Shown: positions 29,601 through 39,800 of the stretch, piece by piece
How positions within the stretch are numbered: position 1 is the first letter of the stretch
Layout of the letters: each line of letters begins with the position of its first letter
Origin: Pseudomonadota bacterium
Lineage (GTDB): Bacteria > Pseudomonadota > Alphaproteobacteria > Rickettsiales > Midichloriaceae
Assembly: GCA_018242185.1 (NCBI GenBank)
Contig: JAFECK010000005.1
Coordinates: 42,373-106,372, forward strand
Reading direction: 5' to 3'
DNA length: 64,000 nucleotides
The notes under the pieces: generated by a model
What the model saw: only the letters and a program-made list of their open reading frames with translations
Database searches by the model: none
What the model was told of the DNA's origin: nothing
Translations under genes and position numbers: made by a program

Positions 29601-32600
29601 TAGTCCCAAGCGGCGTAATCGGAGTATTGGAAGATTTTAATTCCAGATAGTTATGGAATTTTCTTTGCCCTAAAGCGTCGCGAGAAGCCAATTCATAAGT
29701 TGAAGTGGATACCACAACCTTGGCACCAAGCAGGGCATCAAAGGCATCACTCAGCGCTATAGTTATAGTTTTACCTTGCCCGGTATTAAAGCCGTGGAAG
29801 ATGTTCTTTTTGTCATTCAGCTTGGAGTATAATGGAGCGATCAGCTGTAACGGTCGTGGGAATTGACCGATAGTGCGGTGCCTAGCCACTGCTATATAAG
29901 CAAGCAGCGTAGTAATGGTGTCAGGGTTCTTTTCGATAGCGCAAGCCTTTTTCGCTGCTTCTAGGCCTGTAACGAAATCTGCATCATTCTTCTTCATAAC
30001 GTTGGTTGTAACCTCAGTTATGATACGATCCCAACCGTTGATCAGAGTCTCTATACTGTCTTCATTTAGTGGCTGCCAGGCAGTATCGGCATTCTCTCTG
30101 ATCAATATTTTATTTAGCTTGGCTCGCAATTTTATTTTATCATCTGCTAAATTCTGCTTCTGATCTGCACCGCTGGCCCAGCCGAACTTAATCTTATTAG
30201 CGGTGCTACTGAAAAATTCCGTGGATTTCCCCTCACAATACTCTTTATTTAACTGAACATTTTCTATTATATCTCTTTTGATTTGGAGCGAGTGACAGAT
30301 AGGCGGGGTCACCAATTTTTCCAATGCAGGTAGTGCTTTTTTATTAAGATTTGTGATTTTATCCACGAATTGCGGTAACAATGCTATTATTTCAGCTATA
30401 GATAATTTGGTTGTTTCCGAAGCGTCAGGAGTATCAGGGGTTTTCTCAGGGTTGGCAAACTCATTGCGCAAAATCTGATCTAGAATTCTGATAATTTGTA
30501 GATTGGTTTTTTGGTTATAATTTCTAGAGACTTTATCTAGCAATAAGCACATAAACTCGGGAGCAGTAGGCTGCTTGTTTTTACCCAAATAACGCTCCAC
30601 TGAGAAGACTAAGTTCATTACTAGATCTGGCGCCTCACTCAGCATATCCATAAAGCACTGCAAGGGCTTTGTTGAATCTGTAATCTGCAGTTCATCAGTA
30701 AACTGAGGTTTAGTAAATGCCGCAACATATTTGACCAGCAACATCTTATCTTGCTGTCTGCATACTCTTTCCAATATCTCAAAAAGCTTCAGTGGTATAT
30801 GTTCTATCTTCTGCTGAATAGCTGTACTGGAGGAATTAGAAGAGTTTGAGCTATTCGGCTCTTGTTTTTTATCATAACGGCGTAGATCCCGCAATTGATA
30901 TAGGTTATATGCAGCTTGCACTAGATCGCTAAAGTTATAACCTTTAATTTCTTGGGCAAAGGTAGCAAACTTCATTACTGCACTGGAAAAACGCTGGAAA
31001 TCTGCTTTATATAGATCGTGATCATACTGTTGCTCTAGCTTTCCATCCTTGTTTACGAACATCTTTGAAGGCGTTGCCCACATGTGCGCTGTTCTCGCCA
31101 TTTTTTCCACCAGGTTGCTAGGGGTCATCATACGCTCTGGTTTCTTGAACCGCTGCATTATGCGCATAGCCTTTATCGTATTCCATACAAATTCTGTGCC
31201 GGAAGCATGCTGCAAATCAGAATCATAACTTCGTTTTATCAACTCGATATTACGCATATGCCCCTGCATATTCATAGGCTGCAGTCGGATTAACGTAGCT
31301 AGTTTACCCCTTATTTGTGTATCTATTTCATCCATAGTAGTATGAACACGCAAAAAGCTATATGCATCACCTTGCACCAGCTCCCCTAGCATGGTAGGGA
31401 TATAGGCTTTAGCATTATCACCTAACTTCTCAGCCCTACCGCTCTCATGGTGCAGAACTGTCTGGTGCGGCATAAAGCAAAGTAGGTAATGGCGCAATAC
31501 TATAGCAGCGATACGCTGTTTCTCTAGCTCAGTGGCGCCCCATGTGTCAATCGTGGAGACAGCCGTAGCTATGATACTACGCACTTCTTGTTTTGCTTCC
31601 ATAGCAGTTTCTATTGCTGTCTTAGAGGAAGATGAAGAAGATAACAGCTGTTTCCACTGCTTATAGCTTTGGCCTGCTATTGTTATCTCTGGTATCATAC
31701 CAGCCAATAATTCATCCCAAGAGATCTGCTCGGAGATTAAATTAGTCTTGAGCAGTAGATCTGGGAATAGGCTTGTCATCGCTTTCTTGCACTCTTCAAA
31801 GGTAACTTTGCCCTTCAAAGCATCACAAAACTGTGCATACGGCACTTGCTTAAAGTTTTGCACTTGCTCCCAGTCTATGTCGTCTAACCATAGATTGACG
31901 TGCTGCATGGTTTGTAGAGCTGTGCTATTTTGCAGCATCTGTGTTCTATCCATATTGTGATCAAAGCCGGATAAATCCCGTTTCCAATAACGTGGATCTT
32001 TGGGCAAAGTGTCGTTGATACACAGTGCGCATAACGAGAGAAAATGCTTATTGTTATATTGGTCATTCATCAAGTTAGCTTTAGCACGATCTTTAGTAAC
32101 TTGATCCGGCTCCAAGTGTTGACCAGCCCAATATGGATCGACTGGGTAGTGCATATCCCCATTACGCAATGGAAATCCATTCATTATAGCGGGAATAGAG
32201 TGATCATAGCGCTTGGCGGCAAACCATATAGCAAGGCATCTAGATGGTAAGCTAAGATAGGTTATTTCTTCAAAATGCATCTTCAGCATATACCGTGTGC
32301 GTTGCAAGGTATTTTTCATACTCTTCATCAAAGAAGCGCCGGTTATTCCTGAATTCTTCAAATGATCAACTAAGGCACCAGAAGCTTCGCTCTTGATATC
32401 CATGGTATCCAGTGCTCTTTTGATATTGACACGCGTCACCCCTGGTGCTTCGCTGAGTTCCTTTAAGGCTTGCATGAAGCGCTCAAACTCTGCCTTCACT
32501 TCAGCCCTTGCTTCATCAGTAATGCTATGGCTATCATATTTGAGGTTGCTCTGGAAACTCATCGCATATTCCATGAAGAATTCCAGCACCCTGTCTACGT

Positions 32601-35600
32601 ACTCTTGCTTGAAGCCTGTGATAATCCTATAATACCAACGCCTGCTCCATTCAATATCTGCGGGTGGGATGAGCTTTTCATCAGTTGTATTTAACCTGCG
32701 GGAATATAGATTCCGCCAATATGGACCGTTGTATAGATGACGCCAATCACTGAGTCTAGTATCCTTACCATAGTACGCTAGTTCACCTACGTCTGGTAGC
32801 GGTATATTAGCCCCTATTTTATATCTCCCTATGCCTGAATCAGGCGCTAAGTTCATCTCAGGCGTAATGATTATAGGATCCCATATGCCGTGTAGTAATT
32901 CGTTGCTCTTCGATTCTGCGGTGCCCTCATATGTTTTAGCTAAGTCTAGCATATAAACATCACCATGCGGAGCCAAAGAACAACGCATTGGGTGTATAAC
33001 TAGGGGATCCTTAGTGGAACGATTACTGTTCATGATCTCCACTTGCTTCTCTATGGTAGTAGCATTAGGACCAACTGCTTCTAAAGCTTCCTTATATTCA
33101 GGCTCAGCATTTAAGGCGATAAGTTGTTGTTCTAGTATCTGCGGGCCTTTAACGGCTGCATGGTCGAGGATACGGTATAGCCTATAAAGGTCGGTCTGCA
33201 CATTACCACTAACGCCATCCAGGATGATGCGACGCCTGCCATGCACATCAAGATCTGTGGTACGTCGTACTAAAGTTTGTTGTAACTTACTAACCAATGC
33301 ATTATCTCGATTGCTATGAGTATCATTAGTCATCTCTTTAAAGCGTATCCAGAAATACTCGAATGCTTTCATCGTAGTCTGTACATCTGTATTACCGGTA
33401 TAACTTGATCTCGCGTCACCCGCAACAGCAGGGCCGCTAGCGCTATTTAGTACTGCTTCTAAGAACTGCAGTTTAACCTCTAGTTTCCTAATTTCCTGCG
33501 GAGTGCTATCCTTAACTGTTCCCTGGCTTTTAGAGGAAGATGGCTGCTTGGATGCATCAGAAACACTCACCTGCTTAATTTTTTTTAGGTCTTTGATTAA
33601 GTAGCTGAGTTTCTCCAACATATCAAAACCTGCGAGATAGCTCCAGTCCTGGCGTGAGGTATTGCGGCCGATACAGTTAATTAATGCATTGTAGATATTG
33701 CTATCCAGCTCTCTTATAGCTAGTAAATGTGAGGCAAATCCTGCTATAGCTTCCATGCCATATACTGCAACGATGGATAGGATGTTATGGCGCACTTTAA
33801 CCCTGCCGCACACATCATGTATAACTTCACGTATACGGTTATTTTGATGACCAACAGGCAACTTATCATATAGTGCATCGATAAGAGGGTGTGCTGGCGG
33901 ATTAGCCTGTAAGCCACGGTAGTAGTTGATGTGCTGATCGAGTGGATCAGTACCTGGAATAAATCCAGCGTGAGAAATTGTGTTTGGCCGTTTCTGATCT
34001 TGCCTCAATGGTGCTGGATCATAAAGTGGAGGCGCGTATGTATTGACTGCTCGGTAGTGCGCAGCCAGTGATTGCTGCTTAAATTGATCTGTGTGTCGCG
34101 TGTTAGCTAAAGGATCAATGCGTAACCCATTTTCGTTAGCCTCTGTATCTTGTTTGTATTGCTTAAGATTCCAGCTTAATGTGCGGATTTTATGTGGGGT
34201 ATTGGCTGCCTCGCTTGGACGGGCTTTATATTGATGGTTTGCTGCAGTGTATTTCTCGACACGAAATCCAAGCGGTAAGTTATGGTAATCTATCCCGCCT
34301 TTGAAAACACAGTAATTATTGCAGGCTAGCGTTAGTACAGATTCACTTATATACCAAGAGTTTATTCCCATCTCTAACGTGTATTTATGCATGAACATTT
34401 GCCAGCTGATACCAGCAATGTCATCATCATTCCCCAACACATCTACGTGCACAGGAGCAGCGCCAGTCAACCCAGACATAAATCTCACATATTGCCGGGC
34501 AACATAGTTATAGGCCTTCTTGGCGAGCACTGCATCTGCCCGGTTATTAGATTGCATGATGGTTCGCAGCTGCGTCATCAAGTTAAAAGGCTGACCCGTG
34601 CTGCAGTCTTGCTTTATTTGATCGAAACACGTTATACCTAGTGGCAGAGAATCACAATATTCTGTAAATATACTGACAATCAGGGTGTGGGTAGCCTTAT
34701 TTAACCTTTCTCCTTTACTTGAACCCCCAACAATACCTAAGTGCGTTACAAAGATATTACTTTTTTCATGCCCTTGCGTAAGCGCCCAACTTTTTTCATC
34801 TGGGTTTGCAGTTAGCAGAGTAGGATCCCACTCAGCAAAGCTACCTATAGTTTGTGATTCTTGCCCATTTGGTCTTTCTGTATGGATTATTGGTATACCA
34901 AGAAGCTCATCAAGCCTATAGACTTTATTTGTTTCTGCATCACCCATATCGGCGTCTCCTGGACCTGATAAGGCGGTTTTGCTCTGATATTGATGTTGCA
35001 ACTGATGCTCTGCCTGATGTTCTATAGAGAAGTTTTGTTGACTCTCCACCTGTATATTCATCTGCCCCACAGTTTCTACAGAGACATCAACATTTACTTC
35101 TAACTTCGCATTGGTAATGCCGGCTCGGTTTACGGCATCTTCCATGTATTGACCCACCACTTGTGGACCATGATCACCATCATTTTGTATCTTAGCTTCT
35201 GATGTATTCTCTAGATTAATATCTACCTTTCTTTCAAACCATAGCTGTAATGCTATCCTTCTGCTAGGCCATATCGTCTGTTGCTGCACTATACCATTGG
35301 CATCATCTAAGCAAATGGCCACATATAGCTTGCCCAAGTAGTGATGGCGTGTATGTGATTCATCTATCTTCTGCAACCGTTGATTTAATTCTGCATACTG
35401 TTGTTGATCTGTACAATGTAGCTCTAGAGACTGAGTACCACGGTCAACTATATGCTTAAGGAACGCTTCGAAAGTGCAGTCATTGCCATATCTATAAGGA
35501 TCAAAGGGGTGACGCGTAGGAAGTTTAGCTTTTATTACCTCCTCATTTAGGATAATCATTCCTGGTTCGATATTACGTAATATCAAAGACTGAGGCCATA

Positions 35601-36060
35601 CAATAAAAGATTGTGCCCACGCTGCCATGCCAACCGGGACGCCATTGCTACTACGGGTAGATATTTCCAACTCGTCTTGAATTAGGCAACATATGCCTTC
35701 AAAGAGGAAGCTAAGCTTGTGGGCAGGCAAGACCTCTTTTATGGCATTGATTATCTCACGATTGTTGATGAATAATGGCTGCGCATTGAATGTAGTAGAA
35801 ACATTCAATGCAGCAGAAATATTCAAAGTAGTAGATGGCACCCCGCTCCAGTCAATTGGCTTAAAAGTGCCTAAGTCTAGTTCTACTGCATTCAACCGGC
35901 GACCTGAGTAAAACAGACCCCAATCAACAACACTAGTGGCACTCACTATTTGTTGGAGACGGCGCAGGCCCTTCATGTCTTTGATAGACAAGGTATTTTC
36001 TAAAGTCCAGCCATCTCGATTAATAAGAGATAAACCACCTTCATATAAAAGTATTCTCAT
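26656..36060 (-). CDS. giant protein 1 (3134 aa): SecA-like DEAD motor plus C-terminal multi-TM block
   Basis: Uninterrupted 9405-nt ORF that is colinear with 36888-46220. It has SecA-like motifs (NTGQGKTIT, VVVSTSTYELASRDA, YDIHYGT, VDEIDRDAHSP, TMARGTDS, GRTHGRFEEGRAG) and about 5-6 hydrophobic helices in the last ~300 aa. Confidence 0.85.
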   Translation of the reverse strand: MRILLYEGGLSLINRDGWTLENTLSIKDMKGLRRLQQIVSATSVVDWGLFYSGRRLNAVELDLGTFKPIDWSGVPSTTLNISAALNVSTTFNAQPLFINNREIINAIKEVLPAHKLSFLFEGICCLIQDELEISTRSSNGVPVGMAAWAQSFIVWPQSLILRNIEPGMIILNEEVIKAKLPTRHPFDPYRYGNDCTFEAFLKHIVDRGTQSLELHCTDQQQYAELNQRLQKIDESHTRHHYLGKLYVAICLDDANGIVQQQTIWPSRRIALQLWFERKVDINLENTSEAKIQNDGDHGPQVVGQYMEDAVNRAGITNAKLEVNVDVSVETVGQMNIQVESQQNFSIEHQAEHQLQHQYQSKTALSGPGDADMGDAETNKVYRLDELLGIPIIHTERPNGQESQTIGSFAEWDPTLLTANPDEKSWALTQGHEKSNIFVTHLGIVGGSSKGERLNKATHTLIVSIFTEYCDSLPLGITCFDQIKQDCSTGQPFNLMTQLRTIMQSNNRADAVLAKKAYNYVARQYVRFMSGLTGAAPVHVDVLGNDDDIAGISWQMFMHKYTLEMGINSWYISESVLTLACNNYCVFKGGIDYHNLPLGFRVEKYTAANHQYKARPSEAANTPHKIRTLSWNLKQYKQDTEANENGLRIDPLANTRHTDQFKQQSLAAHYRAVNTYAPPLYDPAPLRQDQKRPNTISHAGFIPGTDPLDQHINYYRGLQANPPAHPLIDALYDKLPVGHQNNRIREVIHDVCGRVKVRHNILSIVAVYGMEAIAGFASHLLAIRELDSNIYNALINCIGRNTSRQDWSYLAGFDMLEKLSYLIKDLKKIKQVSVSDASKQPSSSKSQGTVKDSTPQEIRKLEVKLQFLEAVLNSASGPAVAGDARSSYTGNTDVQTTMKAFEYFWIRFKEMTNDTHSNRDNALVSKLQQTLVRRTTDLDVHGRRRIILDGVSGNVQTDLYRLYRILDHAAVKGPQILEQQLIALNAEPEYKEALEAVGPNATTIEKQVEIMNSNRSTKDPLVIHPMRCSLAPHGDVYMLDLAKTYEGTAESKSNELLHGIWDPIIITPEMNLAPDSGIGRYKIGANIPLPDVGELAYYGKDTRLSDWRHLYNGPYWRNLYSRRLNTTDEKLIPPADIEWSRRWYYRIITGFKQEYVDRVLEFFMEYAMSFQSNLKYDSHSITDEARAEVKAEFERFMQALKELSEAPGVTRVNIKRALDTMDIKSEASGALVDHLKNSGITGASLMKSMKNTLQRTRYMLKMHFEEITYLSLPSRCLAIWFAAKRYDHSIPAIMNGFPLRNGDMHYPVDPYWAGQHLEPDQVTKDRAKANLMNDQYNNKHFLSLCALCINDTLPKDPRYWKRDLSGFDHNMDRTQMLQNSTALQTMQHVNLWLDDIDWEQVQNFKQVPYAQFCDALKGKVTFEECKKAMTSLFPDLLLKTNLISEQISWDELLAGMIPEITIAGQSYKQWKQLLSSSSSSKTAIETAMEAKQEVRSIIATAVSTIDTWGATELEKQRIAAIVLRHYLLCFMPHQTVLHHESGRAEKLGDNAKAYIPTMLGELVQGDAYSFLRVHTTMDEIDTQIRGKLATLIRLQPMNMQGHMRNIELIKRSYDSDLQHASGTEFVWNTIKAMRIMQRFKKPERMMTPSNLVEKMARTAHMWATPSKMFVNKDGKLEQQYDHDLYKADFQRFSSAVMKFATFAQEIKGYNFSDLVQAAYNLYQLRDLRRYDKKQEPNSSNSSNSSSTAIQQKIEHIPLKLFEILERVCRQQDKMLLVKYVAAFTKPQFTDELQITDSTKPLQCFMDMLSEAPDLVMNLVFSVERYLGKNKQPTAPEFMCLLLDKVSRNYNQKTNLQIIRILDQILRNEFANPEKTPDTPDASETTKLSIAEIIALLPQFVDKITNLNKKALPALEKLVTPPICHSLQIKRDIIENVQLNKEYCEGKSTEFFSSTANKIKFGWASGADQKQNLADDKIKLRAKLNKILIRENADTAWQPLNEDSIETLINGWDRIITEVTTNVMKKNDADFVTGLEAAKKACAIEKNPDTITTLLAYIAVARHRTIGQFPRPLQLIAPLYSKLNDKKNIFHGFNTGQGKTITIALSDAFDALLGAKVVVSTSTYELASRDALGQRKFHNYLELKSSNTPITPLGTTMEEFRHYDIHYGTLSDVITWRLNQKAKGERFAYDGKPMRIRLKVDEIDRDAHSPVKQRLAKREVSTKSTAAWERLLYLIVEMVEREQSDAHSMQLLYAPYKEQPQRSFPAKQNHHNLLLFLDRKIAALYTSVRATNDPKIKDSLEDDLTLVREAKAMLCTTDEADSRQELKIAAAGKLDREAIHSLVEAAIDSKHVMNRWEAGVDYYDVPEYDWNDMGHSPTIVTQYRKVAIVNGTFNKSNRSIIYDRGMQQFWHLWANEAERDKPEGQRRHFVIEPLSNTIAKSSAQEELLGVASIPDIAALEDFGFETCEGYSATMGNEYDEQEFIAHQKYTLIKYPTHEEWRVKGLFENLEVPAHQKAPAYRKNNHILLVNNVEEQIDTLIQTAMQINQQPLNYTGRGEPLNLICETEKQVKDLYNALKTRIDDNPALKKLFPAIQTYTKGMVKDLDENGQLLSYDDKNYKNAREALGRRKSRDKQKDLHAKVVKQMSQLGVITIGTEGTMARGTDSKPALVLGADNKPLLDSNRNPITTRVTTIMLSAKRITKSGAVQGAGRTHGRFEEGRAGFILINTEIADALNKYEAQKAPGQVKHYRPKLVKVEDVRELGARNSIKSRLSRDKSRLADQIWQYLQFETFHLLNRLSDIKEKSLQQKGSQPADYESPLKLLSFVNRVLQDQLARYFQADTAADREMAAEYAAGEWKRLVTQAIEDLPQNIKSQLDTNVEVRLAKYLKAREANVRVAYEDTATKQSNLFFRVLTAPYQFTDLLGNAIFIGIAAVFTDSEDKKTRAAIAGNRVFFMLCMSSTMLFVPSFITDVLVQAGIAESTAFSLPSLLSQNVLGAFNYQTLLVYMSIGMVLGAVFGGIMQTSSQDDKQVALREFEGEYTTLLSGMAAGAVSGFAYVAQQYLLQYAAETLLPKYVSSTILSSPEITLAIMLTTHLLSGILSTIEYSFLNEAINKRIDISASSSGEYVSLIDKV

Positions 36061-36176
36061 TCTTCATTTCTATAAATTCATTATCGGCCAAACAATATAG
36101 CGTAGATTTTTATATACCCCACCTCATTTTCCTTAGCTTATAAGCAAATATTTGATATTACCTATGACAGGCACCA

Positions 36177-36205
36177 ATTATACCGTAATATCACAAAAAT
36201 ATCAA
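36177..36205 (-). promoter_or_regulatory. candidate sigma70 promoter of giant gene 1 (TTGATA-17-TATAAT)
   Basis: On the minus strand TTGATA (36205-36200) is followed by a 17-nt spacer and TATAAT (36182-36177), about 115 nt upstream of the ATG at 36060. It lies inside a ~60-bp block conserved upstream of giant gene 2. Confidence 0.55.
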
Positions 36206-36251
36206 CACCGTATGTGTCGTTTGCGCTTCGTTCTGGAATAGGCGTATCGAT

Positions 36252-36674
36252 ATGTACAACGCTTGCCTTCACATGATGCAACAGTTACAGGGCACGCACC
36301 TGAAGAGATGTTCTAACACAAATAGAATTATTAATGCAGAATCTGCGTCACCTGTGTCACCTACCCCCAAGCAACTCCCTGTAGCAGTGCTACCAATGAC
36401 GATTACTCCTCTGCAACGTAGAATCAGGATTAATAACTTGCACTTATCCAAGGATTATTATCAGATGCTTTATGACGAACGTGCTGGTATATATCAGTAT
36501 GATGCTGGGATGAGCCAGGATGATGCTGAAGCCAAAGCTAGAAATGACGTGTTGAACCTATGGTTGGAGCATGAGCACGTCCTCGTCGGACATCAAGGGC
36601 CGCTGTCCGTGCAGTTCAAGAAGGATAATTACTCACGGGGTGTGCAGCAGCTGCAGAAATACGGGTCCTGGTGA
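36252..36674 (+). CDS. small conserved protein with ERAGIYQYD motif, copy 1
   Basis: 140-aa ORF whose C-terminal ~85 aa are paralogous to 50276-50536 (ERAGIYQYDA, ARNDVLNLWLEHE, F.KDNY.RG.Q.LQKYG.W). The true start may be the ATG at 36396 (MTITPLQ). Confidence 0.65.
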   Translation: MYNACLHMMQQLQGTHLKRCSNTNRIINAESASPVSPTPKQLPVAVLPMTITPLQRRIRINNLHLSKDYYQMLYDERAGIYQYDAGMSQDDAEAKARNDVLNLWLEHEHVLVGHQGPLSVQFKKDNYSRGVQQLQKYGSW

Positions 36675-36887
36675 ATATGCAAAGCTAAGCCTGTAGCATG
36701 CTTCAGCTTGTAGCCTTAGTAAAACTCTAAAGAATAGCTGCTACAGACGCATATGCCATTTACTTCACTTTAAAAGGCGCTAGAGAAGAAAGATGGTTGT
36801 TATGCGGGCCCCCAAGCAAAAATCATTTACTCTCTTCTGTGGCCTCCGTAGCGCAAATAAATCATAATGATGGTACTCATGACACGG

Positions 36888-39800
36888 TCATCCTTCTATA
36901 AGGCTCGCAGTGTTTTCACCAACGCCAGCGCTCATATGCTTGTTTATAGTCTCATTTAGGAATGAGTACTCTATAGTCGATAATATACCGCTTATCAGGT
37001 GTGTGGCGAGCAGAATAGCCAGCGTTGCCTCAGGTGATGACAGAATAGTGCTGGTTGCATATTTGGTTAATAGAATTTCGGTGGCGTATTGCAATGAATA
37101 CCGCTGTGCTGCATATAGCAGGCCAGATATGGCACCAGACGTCACACCGGAAAACAATGCTGAGTGAGATTCGCCAAATTGTCTAAGCGCGATTTGCTGC
37201 TTATCTCGGCTCGAAGACTGCAGTAGCCCACCAAATGTGGCGCCAACTATCATACCAATACCCATATATACCAGCATTGTCTGATATTCGAACGCACCAA
37301 GCACATAATGCGACAGCGGAGATGGCAGGGCTTTCACAGCAAGATCAGTAACATTAGCCTGCTCTAAGACACCAGTAACCAGGGATGGCACAAACATCAT
37401 AGTCGAGCTCATAAGGAGCATAAAAAACGTGCGGTTACCCACCATGGCAACACGCTTTTGCGTCGCTTTGGACTTGGTAATGACGCTTGCTGTACTCATG
37501 AAAATAGCATTGCTAGCCACATCAATAGCATAGTACGGCGCGGTAATTGCTTTAATAAAAGTACTATCCTTCTTCTGAGGGATGCTCTTGCTCTCAGGAA
37601 GTACAGGCTGAACAACATGCCGGGCCGCTAGATGTCGATCAAGGCGCTCTTTTATGCCGTCTATACGAATCTCTGGTCGTAGAGGTATTCCGGGCGCCTG
37701 GTTAACCAATCTAGCCCACTCCCCAGCTGCATATTGGACAAATTGCTCGTTAGTGGCATCAGGGTTATCCTGGAAGTACCTAGAAAGCTTGACATGCAGC
37801 AACCTAGTAACAAATGGCAACAGGTCCAGAGCCTGACTATAATTTATAGGCTTCCCACTGCCTCCTTCTTGCCGCTCTGCCGCCTTGTCGGCCAATTCAC
37901 GCACTGCACCTATGAGGCGGAAGGTCTCATACTGTAGGTATCTCCACACTCTATCTGGCAATCTCGATGCTTCACGAGCTTGGCGGTTTTTAGCAGCATT
38001 ACGCGCTGCCAAGTCTACAACGTCAGGCACACTAATGTTATTCTCATCATAGTGACGTTTTTGTACCTTTTGCTCTTCGTGTTCATTCAAGCTATTTGCT
38101 ACATCTGAGCCAATCAGGATAAACCCGGCGCGCCCACCCTTGAAACGACCGTGTGTTCGTCCTAGCGACTGGGTAGCAGCGGGCCTGGTTATGCTCTTAG
38201 AGCTCAGTACTATGGTGGTGAGGTTCGTCGTCATTGGTGCTCTGGTCACCGGATCTTGCAGCTGCTGCCCCGTGTCATTTAAAATCGGTATAGACTTAGC
38301 ATCAACACCACGCGCCATGGTGCCGATTGTACCTATGGTGATTACCCCTAGATGCGACATTTGCTTTACTACCTTTGCATGCAGGTCCTTCTGCTTATTG
38401 GTATTCTTCTCCAGTCCCAGAGCTTCGCGGGCCTTCTTGTAATTCTCATAGTCATAGGAGTATAGCCGTCCATCTTTAAGCTCATGAACCATGCCTTTAG
38501 TGTACGTCTGTAGAGCTGGAAATAGTGTTCTTAGCTGCGGGTTATCCCTTAGCTTCTCTGCAAGTTTCGCGTATAGAGCCCTAACCTCCGCTTCTGTCTC
38601 GCATAGCAAGTTCAGAGGTTGCGCCTGCTTCGTGAGTGCGATGGTTGGCTTGTTGATCTCTATGGCGGTCTGTATTAACGCGTCTACTTGAGCGTCTAAG
38701 TCGTCCACTATAAGCACATGGCCGTTCTTATTCTTGGGATCCGCATCCCTATGGGCTTCCACATCAAGGTCAGCAAAAAGCTCCTTAGATTCCCACTCCT
38801 CATGTGTAGGGTACTTGATCAGCGTGAACTTCTGGTTCGCTATAAACTCCTGTTGATCGTGTTCGTTACCCATAGTTGCGCTGTAGCCTTCACAAGTCTC
38901 GAAACCAAAATCTTCTAGTGCAGCTAACTCTTCAATGCTCTGTACCCCCAGCAGCTCCTCCTGCGAGCTACTCATAGCGATAGTATCGCTTAGGTCATCG
39001 ATTACAAAGTGGCGTGGTTGTGCACCAGGTTGAGCCTGCTCCTGTGCATTAGCTCGTAGATGCAAGAACTGCTGCATACTGCGGCCATATACAATGCTAC
39101 GGCTAGCTTTACTGAATATGCCATCTACAATCGAAACCTTGCGGTGTTGTGCGGACATAACTGGGCTACGACCAAGGTCGTTCCAGTTATATTCCGGCAC
39201 ATCATAGTAATCCACACCCTGTTTCCAATGTGCCAGAGCTGCTTTTGAGTCAACAGCTGCTTCCACTAATGAGTGGATCGTGTCCCTGTCCAACAAGCCT
39301 TTAGCAGCGTTTTCCAGCTCTTTCTCCGGTCTACTATCCGCCTTAGGACAAAGCATGCCTTTAGCCCTTTTTACCAAGGCCAGGTCATCCTCAAGCTTGA
39401 TCTTATCTCGTGGATCGACTGCGGCCTCCACCTCTGCGCTCAATTTCTCTTTCTTGTGCTCCAGGAAGACTAGCAGATTGTGGTGGTTATCTTCCGCAGT
39501 AAAGCCCTGCTGTGGGTCTCTACTGTAAGGTTCATATAGTAGCTGCCACAGATTTTGCTCGCTCTTCTCAGTATCCACCATCTCTACAATCAGCTCTAGC
39601 AGCCTCTGCCACACTGCGGCACTCTTGCCAGCTTCTCCACCATTGCTAAGCTCCTGCCGTTTTGCTAATCGTTGCTTGATAGGTGAATGCGCGTCGCGGT
39701 CCATCTCATCCGCTTTTAGCCTGATACGCATATCCTTAAAGCTCGCATTTTCTGACTGCTGTTTCATGCGCCATAGAATTATATCAGGGAGCGTGCCATA

